From: the human T2T-CHM13v2.0 reference genome, Homo sapiens
Assembly (NCBI RefSeq): GCF_009914755.1
Contig: NC_060925.1
Reading direction: 5' to 3' (one strand)
DNA: 64,000 bases
The notes under the pieces are model-generated. The model was not told the origin of the DNA and searched no databases. It worked only from the letters and a program-made list of their open reading frames with translations. The position numbers and the translations under genes are program-made. Of this stretch, positions 26,417-42,985 are shown piece by piece (within the stretch, counting starts at the first letter, position 1; the number at the start of each line of letters is the position of its first letter).

Positions 26417-28207
26417 GAAAATCAATCAATGGGATATATCAATTAGTAGAATAAAGGGCAAAAGCTGCATTAACATCTCAATAAATGCACAAAAAGCATT
26501 TGTCAAAATCTACCACACTTTCATAACCAAAAAAATCAATAAGCAAGGAAATGATGGAAATTTTCTCAATCTGACAAAGGTCATCTACAAAAACCTCAGT
26601 TAACATAATATGTAGTGGTGAAAGACTGAATGCTTTCCCTTGAGATCAGAAGCAAGCCTAGATATCTACCCTCGCTACTTCTGTTCAACATTGTACTGGA
26701 GGTTCTAGGCAGGGAAATTAGGCAAGAAAAAGAAATAAAAAGCATCCAAATGGAAATGGAAAAAATTAAAACTATCTCTATCTGCAGATTAGATAATTTT
26801 TATATAGAAAACCCTAAGGAATCTATCAAAAATCATTGGCTCTAACAAGCGAGTTCAGCAAAGTTGAAGGAATACAAGATCAATACACAACAATCAAGTG
26901 TGTTTCTATATGCTAGCAATGAACAATCTGAAATGAAATTAGAAAACAATTCTATTTGCAGTAGCATCAAACAGAATAAAATACTTAAGAATAAATTTAA
27001 CAAAAGCAGTGCAAAATCTATACTCTGAAACCTACAAAACATTTTGAAATAAATTGAGGAAAATCTAAATAAAGGGAAAGTTTATGGATCAGAAGACTTA
27101 ATATTGTTAAGATGGCAATATACTGCAAGTTGATTTACAGATTCAGTGGAATCCTTATCACAATCCAGCTGCGATTTTTTGCAGAAATTGACAAGCTTAT
27201 TCTAAAATTCATAAGGAAACTCAAAAGATCCAGAATACCCAAAACAATGTCAAAAAAAGAAGACCAAAGTTGAAAGACTCATACTACAAAGCTACAGAAA
27301 TCAAAATACTGTGGTTATTTGCACAAGGATAAAGATAGATCAATGGAATAGAATTGACAGTCAAAATATAAACCATTACCCTTATGTCCAGTGAATTTTC
27401 AACAAGGATGCCAAGACAATACAATGAGACACAGAATACTCTTTTCAACAAATAGTGCTGGAACAATTAGGTATCCATACACAAAAGAATGAAGTTGTAC
27501 CCCTATTTCACACCATACACAAAAAAATACTCAAAATATATCATAGGCCTCCATGTAAAAGTTAAAGCTATAAAACTCTTATAAGTAAACATAGGCATAA
27601 ATCATCATGACCCTGGATTAGGCAGTAGTTTTTAGATATGACCCTAAAGCACAGCAAAAAAAGAAAAAGTAGATAAATTGGGATTCATCAAAATTAAGAA
27701 CATTTGTGCCTCAAAGGACATCATCAAGAAAGTGAAAATACAACCCACAGAATAGGATAAAATTTGTGCAAATCATATATCTGATAGGTAACTGAAATAA
27801 ATATAGAATATATAAAGAAATCTCACAACTCAACAATAAGTAGACAAGCCACCCAATCTATAAAAGGGCAAAGGATATGAATAGGCATTTCTCCAAAGAA
27901 TATACACAAATGGCCAATAAGCACATGAAAAGATGCTCAACATCATTACTCATTAAAGCTATGCAAATCAAAACCACAGTGAGATACTACTTCATCCCTA
28001 CTAGGATGGCTATAGCAAAAAGCTAGACAGCAACAGTAGTTGGTGAGGATGTGGAGAAATTGAAACTCTCATACACTGTTGGCCAGAATACAAAACGGTG
28101 CAGCCACTGTGGAAAACAGTTTAGCAGTTCCTCAAAAAGTTAAGCATAGAGTTACCACATGACCCAACAGCTCACTCCTCAGTGTATGCCCAGGAGAAAT
28201 GGAAACT
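26417..28207 (+). mobile_element. Old L1 (L1MB-like) ORF2, right part of the host element
   Basis: Resumes at KSIN (gaaaatcaatcaat) and includes [10 protein letters not shown]. Ends at cagccactgtggaaaacagtttagcagttcctcaaaaagttaagcatagagttacc. Confidence 0.8.
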
Positions 28208-28371
28208 TCCCTTCCATTCAGGAGCCGCAGTCCACAGGACAAGCTGGGCTGGAGGGAGAGGAGAGCTGGAAGAACAAGAATGGGACAATTATTCCTGTGT
28301 GGGTCTCAAGGTGCCACGAAAAGGATTTTTCATGACTTTCGGACTTTAATACCCTGAGAGGCCTCTTATGG

Positions 28372-28375
<4 letters not shown>

Positions 28376-28420
<45 letters not shown>
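28376..28420. repeat. (TG)n microsatellite, ~22 units
   Basis: Direct reading. Confidence 0.95.
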
Positions 28421-28421
<1 letters not shown>

Positions 28422-30742
28422 TGCTTCCTTGTGCGTGTGAGTCACTAATTATGTACAAAATAAGCCGTGACATGTGATGATACAGCCCTCATATAAAAGT
28501 ATCTTCTCATAGCTCAGTAACTTAGGAGGCAAAGTCTAAAACAAATATTCAGCAGGCATTTTTTTCCAATTAAAAAATAAAAAATTATTAAAAACACCTC
28601 TGAGTCCCCTGTCTTCCCATAGTCCTTTAGCTACTTCAAGGAGGAGTAAGCTAAGAGGGGCAAGCTCTGGCAGTTTGGGGTGAGAGGACCTGTCTCGGTG
28701 GAGAAATGACAGTCATTTGCTCACGGCTTTTGATATGGTTTAGCTGTTTCCCCACTGAAATCTCAACTTGAATTATATTTCCCAGAATTCTCTTGTGTTG
28801 TGGGAGGGACCAATGGGGAGGTAGTTGAATCATGGGGGCCAGTCTTTTCCATGCTATTCTCATAATAGTGAATAAATCTCACGAGATCTGATGGGTTTAT
28901 CAGGGATTTCCACTTTTGCTTCTTCCTCATTTTCTCTTGCCACCACCATGTAAGAAGTGCTTTTTGCCTTCCACCATGATTCTGAGGCCTCTCCAGCCCT
29001 GTGGAACTGTGAGTCCAATTAAACCTTTTTTTCTTCCCAGTCTCCAGTATGTCTTTATCAGAAGTGTGAAAACAGACAAATACAGTAAATTGGTACCAGT
29101 AGAGTGCAGCGTTGCTGAAGACATATTCAAAAATATGGAAGCGACTTTGGAACTGGGTAACAGGCAGAGGTTGGAAGAGTTGGAAGGGTTCAGAAGAAGA
29201 CAGGAAAATATGGGAAAGTTTGGAACTTCCTAGAGACTTGTCAAATGTCTTTTCCCAAAATGCTGATAGTGATATGGACAATAAAATTCAGGCTGAAGTG
29301 GTCTCAGAAGGAGATGAAAAAGTTGTTGGGAACTGAAGCAAAGGTGACTCTTGTTATGTTTTAACAAAGAGACTGGCTGCATTTTGCCCCTGCCCTAGAG
29401 ATTTGTGGAACTTTGAACCAGACAGAGATGATTTAGGGTATCTGACAGAAGAAATTTCTAAGCAGCAAAGTATTCAAGAGGTAACTTAGGTGCTGTTAAA
29501 GGCATTCAGTCTTATAAGGGAAGCAGAGCAAAAAAGTTTGGAATATTTGTAGCCTGACTATGAGATAGAAAAGAAAATTCCATTTTCTGGGGAGAAATTC
29601 AAGCCAGCTGCAGAAATTAGTATAAGTAGCAAGGAGCCTAATGTTAATCCCCCAAGACCATGGGGAAAATGTCTCCAGGCCATGTCAGAGAACTTCCCAG
29701 CAGCCCCTCCCATCACAGGCTTGGAGGCCCAGGAGGAAAAAGTGTTTTCGTGGGCCAGGTGCAGAGTCCCCGAGCTGTGTGTAACCTAGGAACTTGGTAC
29801 CATGTGTCCCAGTGGCTCCAGCCGTGGCTGAAAGGGGCCAATGTACAGCTCAGGCTATGGCTTCAGAGAGTGAGAGCCCCAAGCCTTGGAAGCTTCTATA
29901 TGGTGCTGAGCCTGTGGATGCATAGCAGCCAAGAATTGAGGTGTGGGAAACTCCGCCTAGATTTCAGAAGATACATGGAAACACCTCGAAGCCCAGGCAA
30001 AATTTTGTTACAGGGGTGGGACCCTCATGAAGAACCTCTGCTAGGGCAGTACAGAAAGGAAATGTGGGGTCAGAGCCCCCAAACAGAGTCCCTACTGGGG
30101 CACCACCTAGTGGAACTGTGAGAAGAGGGCCACCATCCTCCAGACCCCAGAATAGTAGATCCACCAACAGCTTGCACCATGCACCTGGAAAAGCCACAGA
30201 CACTCAATGCCAGCCTGTGAAAGCAGCCAGGAGGGAGTAAGTCACAGGGGTGGAGCTGCCCAAGACTGTGGGAACCCACCTCTTGCATCAGCATAACCTG
30301 GGTGTGAAACATGGAGTCAAAGGAGATCATTTTGGAGCTTTAAAGTTTGACTGCCCCACTAGGTTTTGGATTTGCATGGGCCCTGTAACCCCTTTATTTT
30401 GGCCAATTTCTTCCATTTGGAAGAGCTGTATTTACCCAATACCTGTACCCCCATTGTATCTAGGAAGTAACTAGCTTGCTTTTGATTTTACAGGCTCATA
30501 GGTGGAAGGGACTTGCTTGTCTCAGATGAGACTTTGGGCTGTGGACTTTTGGGTTAATGCTAAAATGAGTTAAGACTTTGGGGGACTGTTGGGAAGACAT
30601 GATTGGTTTTGAAATGTGAGGACATGAGATTTGGAGGGGCCAGGGCAGGAATGATATGGTTTGGTTGTGTCTCCATCCAAATCTCAACTTGAGTTGTATC
30701 TCCCAGAATTCCCACATGTTGTAGGAGGGACCCAGGGGGAGG

Positions 30743-30753
30743 TAATTGAATCA
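30743..30753 (+). promoter_or_regulatory. DUX4-consensus motif TAATTGAATCA in the THE1A 3' LTR
   Basis: Exact match to TAAYYBAATCA. The equivalent site in the 5' LTR is mutated (tagttgaatca). Binding is not demonstrated. Confidence 0.55.
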
Positions 30754-31516
30754 TGGGGGCCAGTCTTTCCTGTGCTATTCTCGTGATAGTGAATAAGACT
30801 CACAAGATCAGATGAGTTTATCAGGGGTTTCCACTTTTGCTTCTTTCTCATTTTCTCTTGCCACCACCATGTAAGAAGTGCTTTTCGCTGAGAGGAGCCA
30901 AGATGGCCGAATAGGAACAGCTCCGGTCTACAGCTCCCAGCATGAGCGACGCAGAAGACGGGTGATTTCTGCATTTCCATCTGAGGTACCGGGTTCATCT
31001 CACTAGGGAGTCTGAGATCAAACTGCAAGGCAGCAGCGAGGCTGGGGGAGGGGTGCCTGCCACTGCCCAGGCTTGATTAGGCAAACAAAGCAGCCGGGAA
31101 GCTCAAACTGGGTGGAGCCCACCACAGCTCAAGGAGGCCTGCCTGCCTCTGTAGGCTCCACCTCTGGGGGCAGGGCACAGACAAACAAAAAGACAGCAGT
31201 AACCTCTGCAGACTTAAATGTCCCTGTCTGACAGCTTTGAAGAGAGCAGTGGTTCTCCCAGCACGCAGCTGGAGATCTGAGAACGGGCAGACTGCCTCCT
31301 CAAGTGGGTCCCTGACCCCTGACCCCCGAGCAGCCTAACTGGGAGGCACCCCCCAGCAGGGGCACACTGACACCTCACACAGCAGGGTACTCCAACAGAC
31401 CTGCAGCTGAGGGTCCTCTCTGTTAGAAGGAAAACTAACACAGAAAGGACATCCACACCAAAAACCCATCTGTACATCACCATCATCAAAGACCAAAAGT
31501 AGATAAACCCACAAAG

Positions 31517-32533
31517 ATGTGGAAAAAACAGAACAGAAAAACTGGAAACTCTAAAAAGCAGAGCGCCTCTCCTCCTCCAAAGGAACACAGTTCCTCACCA
31601 GCAACGGAACAAAGCTGGATGGAGAATGACTTTGATGAGCTGAGAGAAGAAGGCTTCAGACAATCAAATTACTCTGAGCTACGGGAGGACATTCAAACCA
31701 AAGGCAAAGAAGTTGAAAACTTTGAAAAAAATTTAGAAGAATGTATAACTAGAATAACCAATACAGAGAAGTGCTTAAAGGAGCTGATGGAGCTGAAAAC
31801 CAAGGCTCGAGAACTACGTGAAGAATGCAGAAGCCTCAGGAGCCGATGCGATCAACTGGAAGAAAGGGTATCAGCGATGGAAGATGAAATGAATGAAATG
31901 AAGCGAGAAGGGAAGTCTAGAGAAAAAAGAATAAAAAGAAATGAGCAAAGCCTCCAAGAAATATGGGACTATGTGAAAAGACCAAATCTACGTCTGATTG
32001 GTGTACCTGAAAGTGATGGGGAGAATGGAACCAAGTTGGAAAACACTCTGCAGGATATTATCCAGGAGAACTTCCCCAATCTAGCAAGGCAGGCCAACGT
32101 TCAGATTCAGGAAATACAGAGAACGCCACAAAGATACTCCTCGAGAAGAGCAACTCCAAGACACATAATTGTCAGATTCACCAAAGTTGAAATGAAGGAA
32201 AAAATGTTAAGGGCAGCCAGAGAGAAAGGTCGGGTTACCCTCAAAGGGAAGCCCATCAGACCAACAGCGGATCTCTCGGCAGAAACCCTACAAGCCAGAA
32301 GAGAGTGGGGGTCAATATTCAACATTCTTAAAAAAAAGAATTTTCAACCCAGAATTTCATATCCAGCCAAACTAAGCTTCATAAGTGAAGGAGAAATAAA
32401 ATACTTTACAGACAAGCAAATGCTGAGAGATTTTGTCACCACCAGGCCTGCCTTACAAGAGCTCCTGAAGGAAGAACTAAACATGGAAAGGAACAACCGG
32501 TACCAGCCACTGCAAAATCATGCCAAAATGTAA
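31517..32533 (+). CDS. L1 ORF1p, intact 338 aa (coiled coil, RRM, CTD)
   Basis: Full-length ORF with RRPNLRLIGV-type segment (KRPNLRLIGVPE), REKG, ARR and YPAKLS motifs. G2W relative to the recalled consensus. Confidence 0.93.
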   Translation: MWKKQNRKTGNSKKQSASPPPKEHSSSPATEQSWMENDFDELREEGFRQSNYSELREDIQTKGKEVENFEKNLEECITRITNTEKCLKELMELKTKARELREECRSLRSRCDQLEERVSAMEDEMNEMKREGKSREKRIKRNEQSLQEIWDYVKRPNLRLIGVPESDGENGTKLENTLQDIIQENFPNLARQANVQIQEIQRTPQRYSSRRATPRHIIVRFTKVEMKEKMLRAAREKGRVTLKGKPIRPTADLSAETLQARREWGSIFNILKKKNFQPRISYPAKLSFISEGEIKYFTDKQMLRDFVTTRPALQELLKEELNMERNNRYQPLQNHAKM

Positions 32534-32581
32534 AGACCATCAAGGCTAGGAAGAAACTGCATCAACTAACGAGCAAAATAA

Positions 32582-36425
<3,844 letters not shown>

Positions 36426-37260
36426 ACAATGAGATCACATGGACACAGGAAGGGGAATATCACACTCTGGGGACTGTTGTGGGGTGGGGGGAGGGGGGAG
36501 GGATAGCATTGGGAGATATACCTAATGCTAGATGACGAGTTAGTGGGTGCAGCGCACCAGCATGGCACATGTATACATATGTAACTAACCTGCACAATGT
36601 GCACATGTACCCTAAAACTTAAAGTATAATAAAAAATAAAAATAATAATAATAATAAAAATAAAAAAGAAAAAAAAAAAAAAGAAGTGCTTTTCACCTCC
36701 TGCCACGATTCTGAGGCCTCCCCAGCCATGTTGAACTGTGAGTCCAATTAAACCTCTTTTTCTTCCCAGTCTTGGGTATGTCTTTATCAGCAGTGTGAAA
36801 ACAGTCTAATACAGCTCTCCATTCACATTTCTTCCTGATCGATCTACTGGCATACCTTCAGCTTCTCACTACAATAATTATTATAATCACCACTAGTCAA
36901 TGAACTCATGACTGTAGTCTCCACTAATATAATTGCAGTTAGACAGATATAAATAATTCCTAGCCCCATTAACATGACAAAAAGTAGGTAAATGCAATCT
37001 GTCACCTGTGTGGTCTGGGAATCTATCCTTCAGGTCTTTGTCAGCTTGGGCGAGCCCTTCTGCTCCTCTCCATGAACAAGCTTGTTCATTCTCCTGTCCC
37101 CATGGTCAGCAGGGTGGAGTGGGTAGCCCCACCCTGAGGAACACATCACTGTAGATCTGCAGTGACTACTCTGGCTTTGCCACTGCACTGCTTGTGAAGC
37201 AGGCTCACTGTGTGCCCTTATCAATCTCAGAGGAAGACTCTAAACATTTGCCCAATACTA

Positions 37261-37704
37261 TGCACCAGTATCAATCCATTTTATGAGTCTGGTGAGACAG
37301 GACACTCACACAAGTTAAGTGAAGCAACTTTATTATTCATAGAAAGTCAGCAAAGGACAAAAGAAGTCTTTGATTAATGGAGAGTCCTCCAAGGCTCAGG
37401 AAAACTGCCCAAGGTAGGCAGAGTCTTGCCTGCATGTGCTCCACTTGCACGGCAACCAAGAGATCCTGAAAGCAGTCTGCTCTGGGTTCTGTACCCCAGG
37501 GAGAATATGACTCACTGGGCCACAGCATTGTAGGATATCCTGCTCTAGGAGGGACAGGAACAGAGCCTGGGCTATTCCTGCCAGTTCCTCCTAATCTTTG
37601 GAATGTGTTGCATTCTCACCACACTGTACAGTTATTCTGAGAACTTCAAGTGAGAAAAGGGGGAAGAGCTGGGTCACCAAGGCCATCCAGGGACTCGTCC
37701 TGCA
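37261..37704 (-). mobile_element. ERVL-type solo LTR (LTR47-like)
   Basis: TG..CA ends. The reverse complement starts tgcaggacgagtccctggatggccttggtgacccagctcttcccc, and an AATAAA lies on the minus strand (aactttattat). Confidence 0.6.
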
Positions 37705-38602
37705 CTGCTGGCTGCCAAGTTTTGAGAACTTAAACTGAACCCAGTATGGTGCTAAGTGCCTTGCCAACCTGACTCTCAGAAAAAGGTGCCATTCTCATCC
37801 CCATTTTACAGATGTGAAAACCAGGGTTAGCAGTGTTAAGTGACTTGACCAAAGTCCTGCAAATACTGAGTGATAAGCCAGCTGAGCACACATTTTTCTA
37901 CTAACACATGGAACCAGAACTCCTCCTCTCTATCCCCTTTTTTCCTCCTTTTCTTCATCTTCCTCCCTAGTCTTTTCCCCACAGCCCAGCACCACAAAGT
38001 TTCTGTGGACAGGCAGCCTGAGATCTGAGATTCCATATCACCTTCTGCAACAGCAAGGGGGATATGGCTTCAGAGACACCCTTGCATTATTGGAGGATGG
38101 CCGAGGCTTCCAAACTTACAACTCACTCGAGGCCCCTCCCCTGGCTCGGAGCTGCGTGCCTGGAAGAAGACGCGTTGATTTCTCCTTCACTTCTAGCAGC
38201 TCACCCGAGGGACCATCCCCATCCTCAGCATCCCGTCGCTGCAGGTGTGTGGGTGATGATTACACTGTTCCCAGGTTTACTTTCACACAGTGTGCCAAGG
38301 AGTTTCTCCTGGACCTCATGTGATCCCACATCATCCTGGGAAGCGGAGCATTATGCCCTTTGAATGGGGGGGAAACAGGTCACACAGGAAGGTAGGGGCA
38401 GAACCAGCATCAGATCCCAGAGTCTCTCATTCCCAGGTCAGCATCTGTAGCAAAAGGGCAGGCCAAACCTGTGAGTTGGTCACGATGTCGGTTGTTTTAG
38501 TTTTTATTTCAGCACGAGTCTCACCTGCCTGCTCTTCAGAGCCATAGGGGAGGGCAGGGCCAGAGCTGTCTGGATTCAGCTCAGGGCCCTGCCTGCCCCT
38601 GA

Positions 38603-38696
38603 CTGGCCCAGAGCCCCTCACCCTGCCGTTGACCCCTGTCCTACCCCCTATGATGCAGTCTGCCTCGTACAGCCCAGGAGAAGTTCCCAGACAGGG
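38603..38696 (+). repeat. Inverted repeat arm 1 (94 bp)
   Basis: 85/94 identical, ungapped, to the reverse complement of 39200-39293. Confidence 0.93.
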
Positions 38697-39199
38697 ACTG
38701 CCACTGACTCATGGTGTGTGACATTGGGCAAGCGCTCCTTTGCCTCCACTGGCCTCAGTTTTCTCATTTGTAAAATGGTCTTTCACGGGACCAGGGCACT
38801 GAGTTTGACTCCTCGGCTACCTGTGCTCGGAGCATCCTGTTCCCCAGGGGCTTCGGGGCTGGACGTGGCCTGCACGGCCGCTTGGCTCCACAGCAGCTGT
38901 TTCACTTCCTCAGCAAGGATTGTAATTCCTCCTGCTGGAAACTGGGTCCATGCGTTTGGCCTGAATAAGTTGATTTGTCAAAATTACCATTTCCTGGGGC
39001 TGCTCACATCAGAAGCAGCAGGTGGTTCTTCCATGTGCTTCAGAAGGCGCCCCAGAGTCCAGCTGGGACAAATCCATCCCTCCAAAGCGACATCTGCTGG
39101 AAGGCAGCACTGAATTATGTCGCATTATAACAGCATTTCACTCGGTTCCTGTGACCTTTGTTTAGCCAGAGCCAGAATCTCCTGCCGAGGGGCCTGCTC

Positions 39200-39293
39200 C
39201 CCTGTCTGGGGACTTTTCCTGGGCTGCACCAGGCAGACTGCATCATAGCGGGTAGGACAGGGGTCCACGACAGGGTGAAGGGTTCTGGGCCAG
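39200..39293 (-). repeat. Inverted repeat arm 2 (94 bp)
   Basis: Matches arm 1; the spacer is 503 bp. Confidence 0.93.
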
Positions 39294-40102
39294 GCGGGGG
39301 TGGGCAGAGATAGGCCCCCTGATGGAGAGGAGAAGTCGGGGTTGAGAGGACCACATCCATGGGACAATTTGCTTCACAGGGCTGGTCACCCAGTGTGGGT
39401 GGTCCTGGAGACTCCTGTCCCCTTCACCCATTCCCTTTCTCACTCAGCAAACATTTCTTGGCCACTGATGTACTGGGGTGACGTGCCAGGTTAAGGAGAC
39501 ACAGAGATGGGGAAGAGCTTGCCTTTACCTCGGGGACTCACAGTCTGGAACAAAAGGCAGAAACTCTCCATCAAGAAACAAAAACAGACATCAGGGAACA
39601 GGAGGAGGGAGCAGTTAACTCCCTCCAGAGTTAGAGGGGCAGGCGTGTGTCTTAGGGCAGCTGCCTTAAAAGCAGGGCCTGAGTCAAGGGCCCCGGTGCT
39701 GGCAGTTTATCTGAGAGGGGACCCTAGGAGCACACATGAGGAAATGGGGCAACTGAGGCAAGGCAGGGAGAAAAGTCAAGGAAGCATGTATTAGGAATGG
39801 GTTACAGTGACAGCAACTGCGGGGCTCAGTCCCGCTGGGGAGCCTCTGAGGCCTGAGTGGAAGATGCCCCAGAGCCACCTTCCTGTGTGGGCACTAACCA
39901 TCACCTCTTGAGGCATTAACTCCTCCTGTCCCTGCACCTGCCCTTGCACTTCCAGGAACAGTGTGTGGAAGGGAGGGGAGAAAACGGAAATGGTCCCAGG
40001 GACCAGGGAGATTACATGGGGGAAAGTTGAGCAGGTTGGATGCAGAGAAGCCTTGGTTGGCGGAGTTGGGTGAGCTAACGCAGTAGGAGAGAGCTGAGCA
40101 CG

Positions 40103-40125
40103 TATATATATATATATATATATAT
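40103..40125. repeat. (TA)n microsatellite
   Basis: Direct reading. Confidence 0.9.
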
Positions 40126-42434
40126 TTTTTACCAGTACATGGAGCCAGAACTCCAGAGATGTGGATGTGGATGGAACCCTACAGAGGCAGAGGGAATGGA
40201 TCCAGGTGGGAAGGTGCCTTCCACTGGGAGAGGGTGGACTTTGCTACGAAATGGCTGAGAACAGGTAGATGGGCTGTTCCATAGAAGGAAGAGAAGGATG
40301 TGTGTGCCTCATGGCCTCTACTTCCCAACAGGAAGAAAGTCAGACCATTTGCTGGGAGCAAATGCTGACTGGTGACTGGACAGGGGCCATGAAGAGGGCT
40401 TAGGCCTGAAGCAGCATTTGAAGTGTAGGGCAGTGGGTATGGACCACAGGAAGGTCAGGGGAGGGATGGACAGTGCTGGTGCCAGACTCAGCATACAGCT
40501 TGGCAGCATTGTGGTCATTACGGGCAGCCCCTCCACATCTCAGGATCAGAGTAGTGGAAGTAAACGGTCACTTTGGTCCTTTGCTGAGCTTGGCAGGACA
40601 TGGGTGGCACAAAGAGGACACCAGCCAGTGTGCGTGCCATGGTCCTGGGGCAGAACCTCACCGGCTCCCCATCTCCTCCCCTCCTACATTTGGTCCTGGG
40701 AAAAGTAGAGAGTAGGAAGCATGGAAAAGATCCCACTGGGTGTTAGGGGGCTGGGTCTTAAAATAGCCCTGCAGCTCTCTTGCTGAATAACCTTGGATAA
40801 GTCACTTTCCCTTTCTGGGCCTGTTTCCATACCCATTCATTGGAATAATGATAAGACCTACCCAGCCAATTACACAAGGGGTTCCCGTGAAAGTTACATA
40901 AAATAACTAAGGTGTTTGTGGATGGAGAGGTCCTTTGGAGGCTGGTTCGAGCAGGGCAGAGGTGAGCAGCTATTTATCACAAATTCTCCTCCTCTTCAGT
41001 TTTCCCATCTGTAAAATGTGTAGGTTGGAAGCTGAGCTGAGTGTGGACCACAGTCACCCTGATCCTGAGGCCCAGGAAAGACCCTGGTTCTTTCCATGCC
41101 AGCAGCCTTGTGACATTTTGCCGTTTTGCGAGATTCTCTCAGAGAATGTGGTTAAATGAGAAGTTCCATGATTCCTCAATACTCAACCTCATCCTCATCT
41201 CTACACAAGGATGCAAATTCACTGGATGGGTCCAAAAGAGGTGGAGGTGAGGAGAGAGGCCAAGATGACAGGAGCATGAGGGGACCTGGATCTTTAAAGG
41301 ACTTTGATGGGGAGAGGTACTCAGAGTTGACCGGAGGACGCGGTGTGGGTTTGGGAGGGAGGGGAAGGGGAAGGGATCCCAGAGCTCAGCAAGGAAAGAG
41401 ACCCAGGGAGGGGACTCTGTCTCCAGCTCTTTTCAAACAGAGAATGCATCAAATCAAGAGAATAAACACAGCCCAAGAGAGCCACATTATTCACTTTGAA
41501 ATGAGCAGAAAATGACATTTCTGGTCAAGGTTCCTCTTCCCACCCCAGGGAGAGAGTAGGAGGCGAACTTAGACTAGTTTCCTTTTTCTTGAAAGGAGTT
41601 CTTAGCTCCCGAGCTCCCGCTAACTCAGGCCACCCTCACAGTGAGAATTCACAGACTAGGATGATTGGGCAGTGTTTCATGCCGGCCTGCTGCCTGCCAG
41701 CCCTGGGCCTGGAGAGGCTGTTGATGGTGAGGCTCGATGGAGGTAAGCCCAGCTATAGCAGGGTTGGGAGAGCAGCCTGGCTGAGGGTTGAGAGCAGCCT
41801 CAAGCAGCTGGTGTGGTGCAGGCATAGACTGGCTGTTGTTGCTGAGTTTGCATGAGCACTGGCTTTGGAGTCAGTCCCAAGTTCTAGTTCAGAGACTGAT
41901 TCTTATCTAGCTCTGACACTGAGAGCTCTTCCCTGAGCCTTGACTTTCTTGTCTGTCAAATGGGCTTGGTGATACCCACCTCTGGGGGTGCTGAGAATAT
42001 TAGAAAAAATGTATTAGGGACAATGCACAGCAGTCACTATTGTGATCACCAGGACCAGCCAGGGTGGGGGTGCAGGCCCTCAGACTAAAGTCAGCGCAAA
42101 GCCACCAGGCTCAGAAACTAGATGCTTAGGCCAATGGCCTGGGCCCCACTGAGCAATGTCAGCCCCATTGTCTGAGGGATGTTGAACCCAATGCTGTCCA
42201 ATTTAGAATACACTCATAGAAAGCACCTAGGTCCACGTCCTTATGGACAGTTCAGGAGACTGAGCCCCAGGTGTTTGCTCAACGCCACATAGCATGGTGG
42301 TGGCCGAGCCAGCATTGGAAACCATCCTCATGACATCAAGCCATGTGGTCCATCCAAGGACTAAAAATGATGTGCTTAAAAGTATAGGCTTTGGAGCCAG
42401 ACAGACCTGAGCTCCAGTCCCAGCTCTGCAACTT

Positions 42435-42985
42435 TCATTATTCAACAAATACTCATTGAATTCCTGTCAAATGCCAGGCACATGTCCAGTGCAAGGGACA
42501 CAAGAGGACAAGACCTACATGGCCCTGGCCTCTCACTGCTCACAGTCTGGTGGGAACAAATATCCAGTGAATGAACAAGCTCATCAACCACTGTGAGAAA
42601 GCAGTGAGGGACAGACACAGGATGGGCCCTGAAAGAGACAGGGACAGTGGGTGCTGGAGGGCCACTCAGGGCATTCAGGGAGGGCATCTCAGGAAGGGGA
42701 TATCGGATCTGGGGACTGGACACCAGGCAGGAGCCAAGTATGTGGGACTGGAGAAGGGTATCCAGGCAAAGAGCTCGGAGTGATGGGGGAAGAGAAAAAG
42801 CTGGAGCATGCAGGAGCATGCAGGAGGGATGTGGCCAGAGACGGCAGAGCGAGGGCAGGCAGGCCTCAGAGGTCATGGTCAGGAGCACAGTGCTCATGGG
42901 CAGAGCAGTAGGAGGCCCTTGAGGGTTTGAGCAGGGGAATGATGGGGTCTGGCCTGTTTTTTCAAAGGATCACACTGGTTGCTGC
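42435..42985 (-). mobile_element. L2 3' portion
   Basis: ttcaacaaatactcattga..tgccaggcac at the start and gagggtttgagcaggggaatgat..aaaggatcacactggttgctg at the end. Confidence 0.7.

Noticed and set aside
30980-31020. L1 5' UTR deletion interpreted as a spliced integrant (SpIRE)
   Set aside because: The known donor (ctgag|gtacc) is still present and the junction does not fit GT-AG removal. AGT microhomology explains it better.
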